A stretch of 63,849 nucleotides of DNA, filler included, from Bigelowiella natans CCMP2755 (GCA_000320545.1; 6 parts of 6 records of this genome joined end to end with filler, not necessarily neighbours in it); one strand, 5' to 3'; positions 12,646 through 26,885 are shown, counted from the whole stretch's first letter. A program made the numbers and translations. The notes: generated by a model from the sequence alone, not told the origin.

Positions 12646-13135
12646 CGAGAAAGAGTTAGGGAGAACAGTTTGATCGACTCCAAATGACTTGCTCACAACC
12701 TTTTTTCTTTCCCCCTCTAGGGTTCACTCCTCCCCGCAGCCTAGATACCACAAGCGTGCGGCGGCCATACCCATGCCGCGCAGAACTGCCTATGTGTAAA
12801 TATACAACACGTTTGCCGTTGTTGAGAAGATTGGGGCTGAGGGAGGAAGCTCGGGGGCCGCGTAATATTCATGGCATCCATCTTTTAAGCATTTTTTGTT
12901 ACGTATGAGTTCAGATGAATGGGAAAGAGTCTACTCCGCTAACAACACCTTCTCCAGCATAGATCAGCGAGCTTCCCTCTCGGGTCTTGACACAAATCGA
13001 GTCAGATCTCAAATCTGCACAACGCACTTGGGTAGCGTGCGCCTTCTTGACTGTGCCCAGGGCCACGAGAACGAAGGCAAGAAGCGAGCTTGGGAGGGGT
13101 CGCCGCTTCATGATCTATCCGAGGACATGCTCTAA
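11544..13135 (+). CDS. Hypothetical multi-exon protein
   Basis: Coding-like segments with canonical splice sites (e.g. ...CKTQLYY|gtgagt, cag|DEWERVYS...EDML*). No recognisable domain. Confidence 0.3.
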
Positions 13136-13373
13136 ATCCTTTCCTTCGTTCTCCTGCGACAAGGTAAATATGCATGTCGCAAGGACAAATTCATGGCGAT
13201 ACCCAACCTTCATCTGACCCAGCTGCGTAAAGCATGTCAATTTCTACTTGCGACAAGGATAAAATAGTAGAATAATGAAGTACGGACGGCGTGTGACCCA
13301 GCTACGTTGCGTAGTACAGATCCCTATCTTTCCGCCCCCTTGCGGGAAACTTGTGACTAACTAGCTAGCGGGG

Positions 13374-14652
13374 ATGGGGGAAGGCAAAGGGACCTCGTTC
13401 GATGGAAAGGTGCCAATTATCGAGAAAACCCAGTCCTCTCCTCGACCCATTGCTTGCGTCGCAAGAAGCGTGGCCCTCCTCGTAGTGGGGGCCCTGGTTG
13501 GGAATTTAAGTTTGAAATGGTCGCAGGACAGCCTAGATCTACTCGTTGCAGCTGACTACAGGTGCTTGCTTGCTGCTGCCGATATGGCATACTATTTTCA
13601 AATGATCTATCATCATCAACAGCAAGCACAACAATGATTGTATTCACACGTATTCTGCTTTGTCGTGACATCAGACCCGTCATCAACGCCAGCAACCCTG
13701 TAATCGACGCCAGCAACCATCCGCGGCATCCAAGTGAGACGACCGCCACGAAGACAACAACAACAACAACAACAATGACGACGACGACACCTCCTCCTCT
13801 AGAGTCTGGTGATCCACGACGGTACATATCCCAAGGCATAGCGTTTTTAAGTGGCGGAAAAGCGCTATTTGGGGACGCCCAACTGCTGCCAGCCTTGCTA
13901 TGGAAGGACCTTCCACAAGAATTCAGGCGTCTCCCTATCGTCGATGTCGGCTCGCACGATGGCATGGATTTCACCATTCCGGGAGCAAAACTGGGTCACA
14001 GAGTTTATGCCTTCGAACCCACCCCCAAGAAGTACGCCAATATTCTCAACAACATCAATAGGGTGAAGACAGAAGAAGGCGCTAATATATCACACACCGA
14101 TCAAGCTGCTGGATTTCGGCACGCGGAACCTGGGAGCATATTGCTGCAGCAGGCTGTGGCAGTCTCTGAGAAACCTGGATTTGCGAATTTTACGGTGACC
14201 GACGCCCAGTCCGGTGTTGGAAACTCGCTCAGCGATAAGGCTCTACCTGGGTGGATGAGGCAAAGGTACACGCCAACAATGGCATAAACACACGCACACG
14301 CACGCACACACACACACACACACACTAAGAGAGAGGGAGAGAAAGAGAGAGAGATGGAAGAGTGAGGGTAGGAGGGATGCGATTACGATGCTTATTTTAA
14401 ATGAGACTGCTTTAGGAACTCATACCATCACATCATTATCATCGTCGCCCCTCAGGTCTACGCAAGTGAACGTAACACTGAAGGCTCTCTCCAATGTGCT
14501 TAAAAACGAAGATAATGGACTTTTTCTTCTCAAAATCGATTCACAAGGCCACGAGTATCAGATTTTGAAGGGCGCAGAGAAGTACATAAAGACTCATCCT
14601 GTGGTATGAAGATGACAACATCAACATATACTGGCAAAAAGATTATACTGGA

Positions 14653-14713
<61 letters not shown>

Positions 14714-14784
14714 AATATTTTAGTGTCTCAATGATAGGAATGCGTTGCCAACATTAATTTAATCCTTTACAGTAACACACATAC

Positions 14785-14865
<81 letters not shown>

Positions 14866-14867
14866 TA

Positions 14868-14906
<39 letters not shown>

Positions 14907-15227
14907 TTATAATTTATTATCTTCAATTGTTTTTTTTTTTATCAGTACTTGATCCTACTCGAGTACTTTCCTAAGGGCATTGTTGGGGGAGGTGTAATGC
15001 CAATACAGCTACTGAAACTACTAACCGAGCAGCTGGGATACCAATGCTTTGACGTGCGCTACCCTGGCGCACATCCGATCAAGTTTGAGAATGGAAAAGT
15101 GCGCTCTCGTACGATTCAGGAATTCGCCGACCTTACCAAAAACATCGACACACCTGAAAAGGCAGCCAGGGTTCACGGCTATGGATTCTTCACAGATTTG
15201 TTGTGTACCAGATTCGATCTATTGTAG
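13374..15227 (+). CDS. FkbM-family methyltransferase, type II membrane-anchored, multi-exon
   Basis: N-terminal TM, Thr-rich stem, then IVDVGSHDG, VYAFEP, LLKIDSQGHEYQILKGA and ILLEYFP motifs. Confidence 0.85.
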
Positions 15228-15717
15228 TGAAGCTCGCACGTCTTGCAATGAAGGCCATGATGTTGACCAGCGTTCGCACCGAATTAAAGGCACAGCATAT
15301 ATCCCGATGTGGCTAGACATCTGCGAGACATGCGTTTCTATATGTATGTGTTTGCACGTGCTAGGGTCAATCTAAGAAATGTGCAGATCGACACCCTCTC
15401 CCCGTCATCAACATCGCGGATCTGATAAGCCTCTGATCTTGCTACATGCCAATGCATGTAGCTAGGCATCATCACTGATGAATGCACACAGCACGTAGGA
15501 TCATGTGCCCTCGCATCTGCGCGAAAAATGCTATGTCCATTGTGCTGGCTAAATGCACTTTGCATTGGACAGCAAATAAACTTATGCTCGAAAGTGTTGA
15601 CAAACGAAGAGCATTACGTTATTAGGTTTTATTACATTAAGAAACAGACATTCAAGCTTGCCCGTAGCTCACAGAATTAACGATAGGGGCGCTCTCACAC
15701 GCGTACACGCACTTTGA

Positions 15718-18700
15718 TCATCGCTTGACATTGTGCTTTCCTTCGATATTTTGCGGCGATTCAACGAGAGACAATAAGGAAGCTTTTGTGAACCAAGATA
15801 TCAAATCCTTAACTCGTGTACCACTCGCTATTACTTTGTGTCCTGAACTTTTGCTTCTCTTATGGCGCTGTGCAGTGTTGATCCTTTTACGTCGGATCTC
15901 TGGCGTTTGTACCTGATTGTATATTACAATCATAAATGATGTAATGTACAGCAAAAGGCATGTATCTAAACCAGCACTAATTGCGTAAATTAATATACGG
16001 ATGTGGTCATTCGAGCTCATGCCAAGGGGCCACCACCGCCTGATATCTAAACGTACTCAGCACCAAGTAGCAGATCATCTTAATACAACATAATATATGC
16101 TATATAATATATATATATATATATATATATTGTAGCTTACCCTCCTCTCCGATATTTGGTTGCCTTCAGCATCTTTCAAAGGGTTCGCGTACGCTGCTGA
16201 GCAGGTCATTGCATGTCCATTCTCTCGATGGTAGTTACGCTTGTTGCACGCGAGTCGAGCTCCGTGCACCCCGTTTCCCCCCGTTCCATGCGTCGCCCGC
16301 GAAGGCCCTTTCTCGTCAGAGTCCCCCTTTTCCTCCATCGCTTTCGTCTGCTTTGGTGACAGCTCGGTATCGATGGCTGGGATATCCGCAGAGCAGTCGG
16401 AGCTGGGCTTGTTCTCTGCACCCCTGTCCATGACCTCGTTCTGCAGGACGCTGCTTGTAATGCCCTTGCTATCATCGTCACCGTCGTTGTCCTTCCCCCC
16501 TTCATTAGATGCAGTCACTGCGAGGCATGAGATATCGCCTACATTTCCAGAGTTGGTGGCTTTGTCGTCTGTATTCTCTGTACTGGCAAGTATTGTGGAG
16601 CTGGTTGTATCACAACTGGCGACTTTGATGTTGTTGCTTTTAAAGACAGATGACGTGGTGCTGGCAAGGGGATTGTTGGCAGTGGCATTCAATTTCAGGT
16701 CATATTTAGAATCTCCGTGTCGTAGAACGTATGGCAGGGGGCGTGAGTAAGAGCGATATTCGGAGACTTGGGAGCAGGCGCTTTCCATAGCACTCTCAGG
16801 TTCCTCCCGCTCCGTGTAGCTATTTGTTGAGCTGAGAACCATTTTCTGCACGTATAAAGGAGATAGAGGGAGAGAGGGGGGGGAATGAGAGAGAAAGAGA
16901 GAGAGATACATTTACATCAGATCAATGATTAGTGTGTGGATGTGGTTCGTGCCAGCATTGCGTCTAAGACAAAACATCCATCAGCGTCCTCACTGATTCC
17001 TTTCCTTGACTGAGAGGAACGATTTTTCTGTTGTACTCACGTAATTTTTTGGTCGGAAAATAAGAGAAAATACATCAACCATCTTAGAAAACACGACCAA
17101 ACCTTGATCGGAGGTAGATTCCCAAGAACATCTTCCATGCAATCCAAGGCCTCCTGAAGATACCTACGGTATACGAAAGGGCGCGTGTGTGTACGCACAC
17201 ACGCACGCACGCACGCACGCACGCACATACATGTTTGGTGCAGACATTGTCCGATCATATAACACAGCATGCCTTTCCTGCCTCTGAAAAGGATGTTCAT
17301 TCGAATCACAGGCGCTTTCCGCATCGCCGTACCCCTCCCTCCATACGAATGGAGCAGGGAGTGTTGAGCACCCACGGCCCCCACATCCGCACATCCGAGG
17401 TACCTGTGATCGAAGTGCACGGGGGAGGTGGCTTGCAGCATGCCTTTGGCCGCCGCCTTGTATTGTTCCAAACGTCTTTTCGGTATGGATAGGAAGCTTT
17501 GAAGAGGAGACCCGAGGGAGAGCCGGCAACGATTGAACCAAAATCGCCACTTCTTATCCTCCAATAGCATGAATGCGCGCGTGTAGCATTGGAAGTACTT
17601 GACGTAAACTTCACCCATAGGTCCGAGCTGCAGCATCAATTCGCCTGTTCCCATCAGTGATTGCAGAAGTTTTAAAATAGGAGTAGGTGAGGAGGGGGGG
17701 GGGGGGTGGAGAATAAAACAAAAGAAGATTCTTTGCTAGAGTGTGGGGCCACAGTGTGGACGCGGGGATTCGCACACAAAAATGACGAGCAGTTTTAGAA
17801 AGGCATCAAAGCAGGTGGCAAGGTAAACTACTTCCCACCGATTGCTTCGTCGTCTTTCCAGTGTTCGACTTTCGACTGAAGATCCTGCAAAACACACACA
17901 CACACACACACACACACTTAAATAAATATAAATAAATAAATATATATATATATATATATATTAAAATATATATTAATATAGGCGGTCGCTATTCATTAGT
18001 CGCTGGCAACTCGACACTAACCTTCATAAACTCGAAGTTTACGATGGAAATTTGCTCGATGAGATCCATGAGATCTAACACCTCTGGATCAGCTTGCACC
18101 GCCAGGTCTTTCGCCCTCAGCATAGTGGGCCGTACTACAACCTTCACAGTCTTGAGCATTAGCGCCACGTAATCCTGCTCCGCCCTCAGGAGTCCTTTGG
18201 TTAGCGACAGCTTCTTCTTCTGCCTCTGCTTCCCGCTCGATGGCGAGGAGAGGGAATGGCTGGTGTAAGACGAGGTGAAGGGATTGTTGAGGTGGCCTCC
18301 ATCGACGCTCCTTTTGAGATCCGAGAGGCCCTCGCCCTCACACGTGGCTGGTGAGGCTGCGTTGCAATCTCCTCTCGCCTCCAACGGCACGGCTCGTAGC
18401 CTTTCAGCACACTTGCTGCACAAGCGACATTTTGACCTGGTAGACGGGGACGATGGGCCTTTGCGCCGGACAGGGGAGGACGATACAGCACGGCGGTGCT
18501 TGTGCTGCCATAGTCCTCCTTCCTTTTCCACTCTTCCTTCTCTTCTTCTCCTTCTGCTCTTGCTACGGATGAGCCGTCGTGATGCCTTTGGGCTCTCGGA
18601 TTCTTCTTTGCATAGGGTTTTGATGCTAGTAGAGGGTGTGTATAGCACGGAGCGAAGAGAAATGAAAGGAGAGCCCTCGCCGTTGGCCGATGGAGAGTTG

Positions 18701-20932
18701 CTTGAAAGCGACGCTCCTCTTGCTACTTCCTTCGTGTTGCCTGCGTGTTTAGGCGAAGAACAATATGTTTGCGACAGGCCAGGAGGAAGTAAATAAGTTG
18801 AACACACAAGAGAGAATACGCGTTGAAAAGTACATAATGTAATCGGAGGCTCAGCTGGAATTTTGGTACCACAGACGGCTTCCACAGTGATTGTGCGCAT
18901 CATTCGATCATGCGTTGCCGGCAACTTGTGCTCACCTTTCTTCGTGTCAACGAATCGTATCTTAGACTTGGCGCAGCTAGCACATACAAGCTGCTTGCAC
19001 TTGTAGCAGTTATACGACTTGAGGAAAAAGCCGCCGATGTTTTTGCTGCAAACTGCGCATCTGTTTTTCAACCTAGGGATCGTTTGGTGAATGGTGGGTA
19101 CGTTAAGGAGGATGGAGTTGAAGATAGGCAAGAGAGGCGGAGGCTAAATGAAGGGACAAAACGGAAAACACACACACACACACACACTCACTCACTCACA
19201 CAGTATCACTCCTACACAAGCGCACTCACGGTAAAGAAATTTATATCTACCGAGAATGGGAGCAGCATAATGTACAAATACGCAAAGCATTAGTAGACAT
19301 TGAACACTCGTTGAAGCCAGCGCTGCTACACCTTGCGAGCGTGTAGAGTCCGGCGACGGGCTGCGCAGAGTTGTATTTCAGAACCCTTGCTTTGCAAATA
19401 AGCTGCTCCATCTTCGCGAACCACATGTGCCGGTCCCGCCTGTGGCGAAACTCGATAATGCAGGCCATGGAGGTGTTGACAAAGCCAATGCGGTAATCTC
19501 GTAGCAGCTTATCCTGCACTTCCTCCAAACCAGAGTCGGACAACTCAAACGATGCACAAATCTTCCTAGCCCAACCATACCTGTGTGCGTTGGCGATTAG
19601 GATGGGAGACGAGGATGAGAAGAGGTGTAAGCTTGAAAAAAAAGGGGGGGGGGGCGCGCGGGGGGGGGGGGGGGAAGAACAGGAATCAACTTTACATTAG
19701 GACGTCGTTGAATAGCAAGAACTTGACGTTTTTCCGCGTTCCAGTCCTGGTGACCAGGGATCCGAGGGTCTCCATGTGAAAGATTCTGTCTGTCTCCTCC
19801 AGGCCTATCCCCTCTGCACACTTGTACGTATCGATGATTCGTTGGTACTTTAGCATGTTGATGTAGTCCTCCTCCGAGTACTCTATCTCTGTCCCCGACC
19901 TTTCCAGGCGCTTCTGTGCTCTGCGTGATGGCACATTCAAAACCCAGGCCAACAAGATTACGGTTTAAAGCTCGATCAAACAAATGTGACGACGTTTTCT
20001 TTAAGCGTGTACGGGGAGGTGATAACGGTGAGAAAAGAGGGAAAGGAAACACACACACACACATAGAGAGAGAGAGGGAGAGAAAGAGAGGGAGGGGAGG
20101 GGGAGGGTTAAAAATATGTGCGACCGTAATACAGCTGAGTAGGCTTCACCGTCCTTGTCAAGATCTATACAATATGTGCGGGAATGCGGAGCAAAAAGTG
20201 TATGCATGCTTATGTTCCTACTATGCTACCTATTCTGTCTATGCTGCCAAGCTGACGTTATCTGCATACCGTGTACAATATTTGCGAACATGGACTGATG
20301 CATTAACATGCGGTTCAAGGGGAGCTTTATAAGCAAGTTGCAGCTTTCAAAGCTTAAATCCTTGCCATTTGTCTTCGCCTTAGTACCCGTTGTAACAAGA
20401 GTATAGAATAGGTAAGTAACTGACCGGGCATTTTGTACGAAAATTTAGACCCTGTAAGGTTCTCGGAGAAGATGAGTGCATGCCGACTTTCTAATCATCA
20501 TCTACATGAAATTGGAACCTCTTTCAGCATCATCATTATCTTCTTCTTCTTTTTCTTCTTCTTCTTCTTCTTCTTCTCCTTCCCAAAACATAAAGCGGCT
20601 CTGATAAACATCTCGAGATGGTAGTCATTCTGATTTAGCACCGGGGTTGATTGGAAACAAAAATGATGTTAGAATGCAACGGAGAGGAATGATCTCTATG
20701 GTAATAGACTGACCTGAGAGGTTTGATGTAAGACTTTTGCTGCCTCAAAAGTCAGCCGTGAATATCGCGCAAAAAGACTATACATCGGTGTGTATCTGAA
20801 AGATGGAAAAACAAGCGACGAGATCATAATCGGAGAATAAAATTCCTATGCATTACTTCAGAGTTTCCTGCAATAATTGGCACATACTCTCTCTTCCCCC
20901 TCCCTCCCCCTCTCTCACACAGACAGACAGAC

Positions 20933-20976
<44 letters not shown>

Positions 20977-21300
20977 TACTTGATAAATATGCCAACGATT
21001 CGGATGAGAAGCTTCTCAAGTTGGTGACGCTTCTTTCTTCTTCCCATGGAAGCCAGAGCCTTATGGATAATGAACATACACAGAGATGTATGAGTCACAA
21101 GTTAGGCATACGAAGATATTTTTACAATTTTAACGAATTACTTGCAAACTCTTGTAGTAACCACAATGAAGCTTTTGAATAAGCTCCAAGGTGTTGCTGA
21201 GCATGATTATCTTCGGATGCTGTAATATAGGAAGATCGAAATTTAGTAGTGACCTAATTGGAACATATGAACTATAAAACACGCAAGCATTCTTGCAAGA

Positions 21301-21343
<43 letters not shown>

Positions 21344-21629
21344 AGGATTTTCATTACTCTGCCAACATTGTAGCCTTGTTTCTGCAAAGGTTCCAGAATT
21401 TTTCTCTGGATGTTGCCCATTTGATCGGAATGTTTGCTCTAGCATATTTACATAATATCCAGTTTATGAACACTTTTGTGTTAATAGCATGCCGCTCGCA
21501 TACAACATTTTGTCAGGCTGCGAATCGATTTAGCCATCAAAATAGCAATGACGAATCATTCTTGCTATTCCATTCCTCTACCTCTTCCTCGATGATAACA
21601 TCCAACTCAGAGATCATACGGCTCGTCAT
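15718..21629 (-). CDS. FGD/frabin-like RhoGEF: DH-PH-FYVE-like-DH with low-complexity region and a C-terminal TM helix; many exons
   Basis: DH-like exons (KILEPLQKQ; MLSNTLELIQKLH; LLIKLPLNRMLMHQSMF), PH (RKNVKFLLFNDVLM; RDRHMWFAKME), Cys finger (CAVCSKNIGGFFLKSYNCYKCKQLVCASC), second DH (LLRAEQDYVALM; YVKYFQCY; LQSFLSIPKRRLEQY), and a last exon with a hydrophobic helix. Confidence 0.7.
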
Positions 21630-22213
21630 ACTGGCCTCCTTTCCGCCTCAGATCCCCTCCCTCAGCAAAAACTCGTCTGCACGTTTACTTCCATCAAATG
21701 TTCGTCGGGGGCAGGCGTTGTGCGTTCGGCGTAGGAAGAAAAGCATGCGATTTATCCATCGCGACAACATAAAAAACTACAAATTCTAGAATTCGCAAGC
21801 AGCCTCGCTCGACTGATGATGCACGTGTGAAAATGCCACATTGCAGCTACCTCCGAGCGACGTTGAGGAATGCTGATAACTGCTGGTTTGTCGCAGGCGG
21901 GAAAGGCCCTGTAAAGAGCGAGTCGTAGGCGGAAACGCTCGGATGCGGGTATCTCTGCGGATTTGGAAAAATTTAATGTCGTAGTTGAAAACCAGAAGAT
22001 AGATTTCACAGGCAATCTACTCTTCCTGGACCCCTTCAAAATTCGAGTCACTTGGCAGCCATCCCCCCCTGCTTCAATTATTTTCTGCTTCTGGGCTGGA
22101 TTCCTGCACAGGTATGTGACCCAGTTTGCTTGAAAAGCCACTAGAATTATCTGCCAAAATTTAAGAATGGAGGAGGATGAAAAGTGATTGATGCATCCTC
22201 CAGGAAATAAAGG

Positions 22214-23630
22214 ATGGCAAGCTCGGTTCCTGCAGACCTGCGGGTGGCGATAGAAGGAACGAGTGGTGGGATTGGAAATGCAATTGGCTTGCTCGGCACA
22301 TATCCGCTGACTGTTATCAAAACTCGACTGCAGTCACAAAGAAAAAAACGCCATAAACGGAAACCCATTCCCAAAAATGAGAAAACTGGGGGTAACAAGG
22401 ATTCAGTTGATGAACACGATCTGAGGAAAGATAGAGATTTCAAAAGTGCCGATTTGGATATCTCTGAGGATGAACCAGAAGGAATGATATATGAGGGGCC
22501 TCTTGACTGTATTCGAAAAGTAGGTTTTACCTATACTACCCATGAATTATTGCCCATTGTGTTCGATTTTCATCTAAGAATCCATTTTCAAAGGTAATTG
22601 CCAATGAAGGCCTAGGAAGCATGTATACTGGCGTTGCACTGAAGGTTTGCGAAACCTACATGTGGAATTCAACCTTCTATGCTTTTTTCTCGTTCCTAAA
22701 GCCACATATCAAGAATCATCTCGACGGTCCCTTCTCCGACATAGCACATGGCATGATTGCTGGTAATATCAAGATTTACCAATATTTGAAATGGACTCGA
22801 AATATAGATTTTACGCATAATAAGTACGTGGATATGTCAAGTTTCTTTACTTTACCCGAACGAACAAAGATAAATTTGCACTCACAACGATACAGGAATT
22901 GGAACACAGCTGGTGCTCTTTCCGCTTGTGGGAATAAACACTGCGCTCATAACCAAGCGGCAGCTTCGCGGCGGAAGAACGACAAGGTTGGCTTCATGTA
23001 GAAACTTCGGAAGAAATGCTAAAAACTCCCATTCAAAACTAATTTTCCCTAACAGATGAACATATCCTTACCACTTCTCAGTCACCAGGTTCTTCGGGTG
23101 CTCTCCAGTGGGTGAGAGAGTATATAAATGTAACTCGTGATATCTACCGCGAAGGGGGCGGCATTTCTGCGTTTTGGAAAGGTATATCTGCGGGTCTAAT
23201 GCTCACGATCAATCCTGGAATCCTGACATTGATCCGCAAGCACCTCACCCGTATGGTGTCCGAATATCGGGGAAGGGGCGCCACAGCTACCGATGATTTC
23301 TGGATCGGTTTTGCCTCAAAACTCATGGCTTCCACTATCACATACCCTCTGGTGGTAGCACGCTCGCAGATCGTCACGTCGCAGGATTCTATGCCCCATA
23401 GTGGGGTGGGAATCCATGCCATACTGAGGGGTATTTGTATGGTCTTTGAAACCATCCAGAGAGTGATAAATGACTATGGGGGATGGCAAGGTCTTTATGC
23501 AGGTGTGGCGCCACATTTATGTCAAGCAGCCCTGAAGGAGGCGATAGCAAATACTATACGTCGGCGATTGTCCCTAATTTTATTCGCCTACTACAGCCAT
23601 CGTTACAGCAAGTTAAGCAGAGCGGGGTAG
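22214..23630 (+). CDS. Mitochondrial-carrier-family protein, peroxisomal adenine nucleotide transporter type (SLC25A17/ANT1-like); 4 exons
   Basis: Carrier signatures TYPLTVIKTRLQ, YEGPLDCIRK, GISAFWKG, LTINPGI, ASTITYPLVVARSQ and GLYAG. Confidence 0.85.
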
Positions 23631-24823
23631 CCGCTTCTACACTGAGCAAACGACATAGCCCAATCTTTGACACAAGTTCACTCTCCATTCAAAATATTCG
23701 CAAATTGGTTCAACTCCCTTTGCATTTGTTTTGAGATACTCCCAATTGATGAGGAGTAAATAATAGATGGTTATAGCATGTCTGTTGGCATATGCTGCAC
23801 GCAGCGATCGCGATGGTCCGCAACGCAGAGCTATACGTTTACGGTAGCATGCGAATCAGCACGACACGTCGTCGAATTCGCATCGTCGATAGTGCAAGCA
23901 TTTTTTTGCACATCGATCAGTGCATCGACATGTAAGTGCACCAGTGCATTTAATTTCATGTGCGATGCAATGCTTGCGATGTGTTTGGCAGCAAGCTCTG
24001 TGCTCGTCAGCATCATATAACTGGCATTGAACATCTCTGAATAAAGCACGCCACTTCCATTTGCAGTGTCATTTCATTTGCGATGATGATTGCGCTCGGA
24101 GCTCGTCACCGTGCATGCACTTTGTTGGCGCAACGCCAAGACTACCGCAATTAGGCAGCACGTTGTCTAGTTGCACTAGCTAGCTAGTGCATGTGCGCGC
24201 CGCATCGCAAGCTAGCCATCATTGTAGCATGATCACAAGGATGGTAATGAACCATCTAGCCATGTTCACCATGTATGTGTGGCTGCAATTACAGATCATC
24301 CGCCAAGTGATGAGCTACGTGACATGATCGATGCCACCGCCAGCAATGCAACTTCGCCGCGCGAGCGCGTGTTGTGCGATGTGCCTGGGTTGGTTGCGCA
24401 TCACTGCGCGTTCAGTCAATTCACATTCCATTGGAAGACACGAGGTGGAACCTTCCATGCTCTAGCTAGCTAGCCGCGCCAGATTTGTGGGCAGAGCAAC
24501 AACACGTGTGGGCAATTGCACAAAGGGAAAATGGGCGTGGCATTGTTGGCACTGCCAATTGGACCCACCCTACTTTTTTTGCGCAAGAAATCGGCAGCGC
24601 ACTTGCCTCTGTGCATGCATGAACCTGATTTGATTTGTTGTTTAGTCACTCATGCCATCACACTCGATTGCATGTCTATCATCTCGCCCTACTGCCATGA
24701 CCAACTGTTGCATGGGAGGCTTCAGGCACCTGCTCCCATTCTCATGAATTGAGGTACGACTATAGGAAGGAAAAGTCAGATATTTCATGGTGTTTGAATA
24801 ATATGATATTTTCCCAAATTCAG

Positions 24824-25522
24824 ATATCGATGAGTCAGCCCACTCCTTGGATCTCAAGTACATGTTCAGATATTTTATGCCTAAATAATGACCCAAAAGA
24901 TGGATTTGCTGAAGGAATCGACCCCACTATTTCCCACATATTTGACGTGAGTCTGCATCCTGGCTGGTTGTTCAGAATCCTCCCCTGCATCTAAGTGCTA
25001 GCCCCAGGATTGGATTGTGCGAATCTGCAATAGACTTAAAATGCATGAACTTTCCAGTATCGACTGGATTTCGTGACACCTCTTGATATTGCCAATCCCT
25101 TAGGCTTCCTCAGAGCTCTACGGCGCTTCCGATCGATATTTAAGAAGAGAGCGAAGAGTTTGTCGATGACGAACTCAGCTAAATCAAGGTGGTGCTGATT
25201 TTATGCAGTCTATAAAACATTTCGACTGTGCAAGCGTTAAAAAAGTTATCCTTCCGGTCAGGGTCATATACAAGGGGATTTACGCAGGGCGTATCCCTCG
25301 AAGACTTGAGGGAAGAGGCCAGAAAACTTTGCTGAGGAGGTGATGATGAAAATACATAAATACCAAAACCGATTCATTTATTCGGTGCCAATAGCAACTC
25401 TAAACGAGTGTTCATTCTCTCAGAGGGACTGGAATCAATTTCACACACCTCGCATGTCTTGCTGGCGTCAGTCGCAGAAGTAGGTGAGGCGGGGGCGATC
25501 TGGCGGTGGAGGGGAGAGGGGG

Positions 25523-25596
<74 letters not shown>

Positions 25597-26403
25597 CGGA
25601 TATATCGTGCTAGTTTTCCGTTCAATGTGCTTAAATTGTGCAGTTTTTACTGCGATTCAACTATCTCATTATTAATCTTCTACAAGGTAAGCCCTGGGGT
25701 GCCTGAATTCAGGTAGAATTTCGTTTCTCCCTGTGCAAGGCTTTTCAGCATATCACCCCTTGTTTCCCCTGAGCAACCTATATTCCATATTTAACTTACG
25801 TTCCTACGCCAATCAGCGAGAAAGAAAGGGTTCACTTGGGCGAAGAGTTGTCCGATGTTTTAATGTAGAAATGACTAATCCTAACGCTCGCGAAACACGT
25901 TTTTAAGAATGTGGTTTGTTAAATTTGAACAGCTACCTTGTCCGTCTGGCTGATAGATGTCAAATAGGTTTGTTTTATTCAAACATTTTCTGTTATGATA
26001 TATTTATCGGAAGTATGGTTTTAAGACTGATCCTAGCTTTCCCCAGATCTAGCATCTGCTGCTCGTCGGAAAATGGAGCAGAACGCATTGAAGTATCCAG
26101 CTGATAAAGCGGTGATTAGATTTATGAACATCATGTTGATACTGCTCAGAAGGAGAGATACTCATTTTCCTTTACCTAACGCAGAAAGGTAGAAGTGACA
26201 AGTACACAGCGTATGAGGAAAAGGCAGCCTCCAAAGAGAGTAAATCTGGAACAGGGAAGGTAAAATCGGAGACTGAAGGGTTAACAAAAGGAAATCAGGT
26301 CTCCAATAAAAATTCTACCTCGTGGATGAGCTCAGGATCTTTTCTAATTATTTTCGCTGCTATCGCCGTGTACGTTGTCATCTATCTTGCAGTTGGACAT
26401 TAG
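24824..26403 (+). CDS. Hypothetical tail-anchored membrane protein (multi-exon; start uncertain)
   Basis: Several AG/GT-bounded segments. The last exon reads KVKSETEGLTKGNQVSNKNSTSWMSSGSFLIIFAAIAVYVVIYLAVGH*, ending in a TM helix. Confidence 0.4.
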
Positions 26404-26843
26404 TATCGTTTGGGGTGAAATAGGTGCACGGTGTGTGCGTACACAGTACATGTGTATGCCATATTCACACATAAATAAGCAGCACATTCATCTTTGTTAT
26501 TTTGGTTATGAAAGTACATGATAGCATGGTGTGCGTTATGTTACGTCGGTTCCTGCGTCCACCGTGTGCTCCACATGAAGGATAACATAACAACTGCAGT
26601 TACAAGAGTCAAACGCTGATTTGCCGTTCACATGCGCGCCCGCGCTAACAATTGGTCCGTATATCCGACGCAGCACCTAGCGCGAATGATTGTAGACGAC
26701 TGATGTCATGCTAGCATGCATGCAAATACACACATGTACATGCATACCTAGATGCCACATGTGCACACATGCACATGCATGATGATATTGCTTTGTCTGT
26801 CATGGGCAATGCAACGTGATGTGTGCAATGTGTGTGTGTGTGT

Positions 26844-26885
<42 letters not shown>

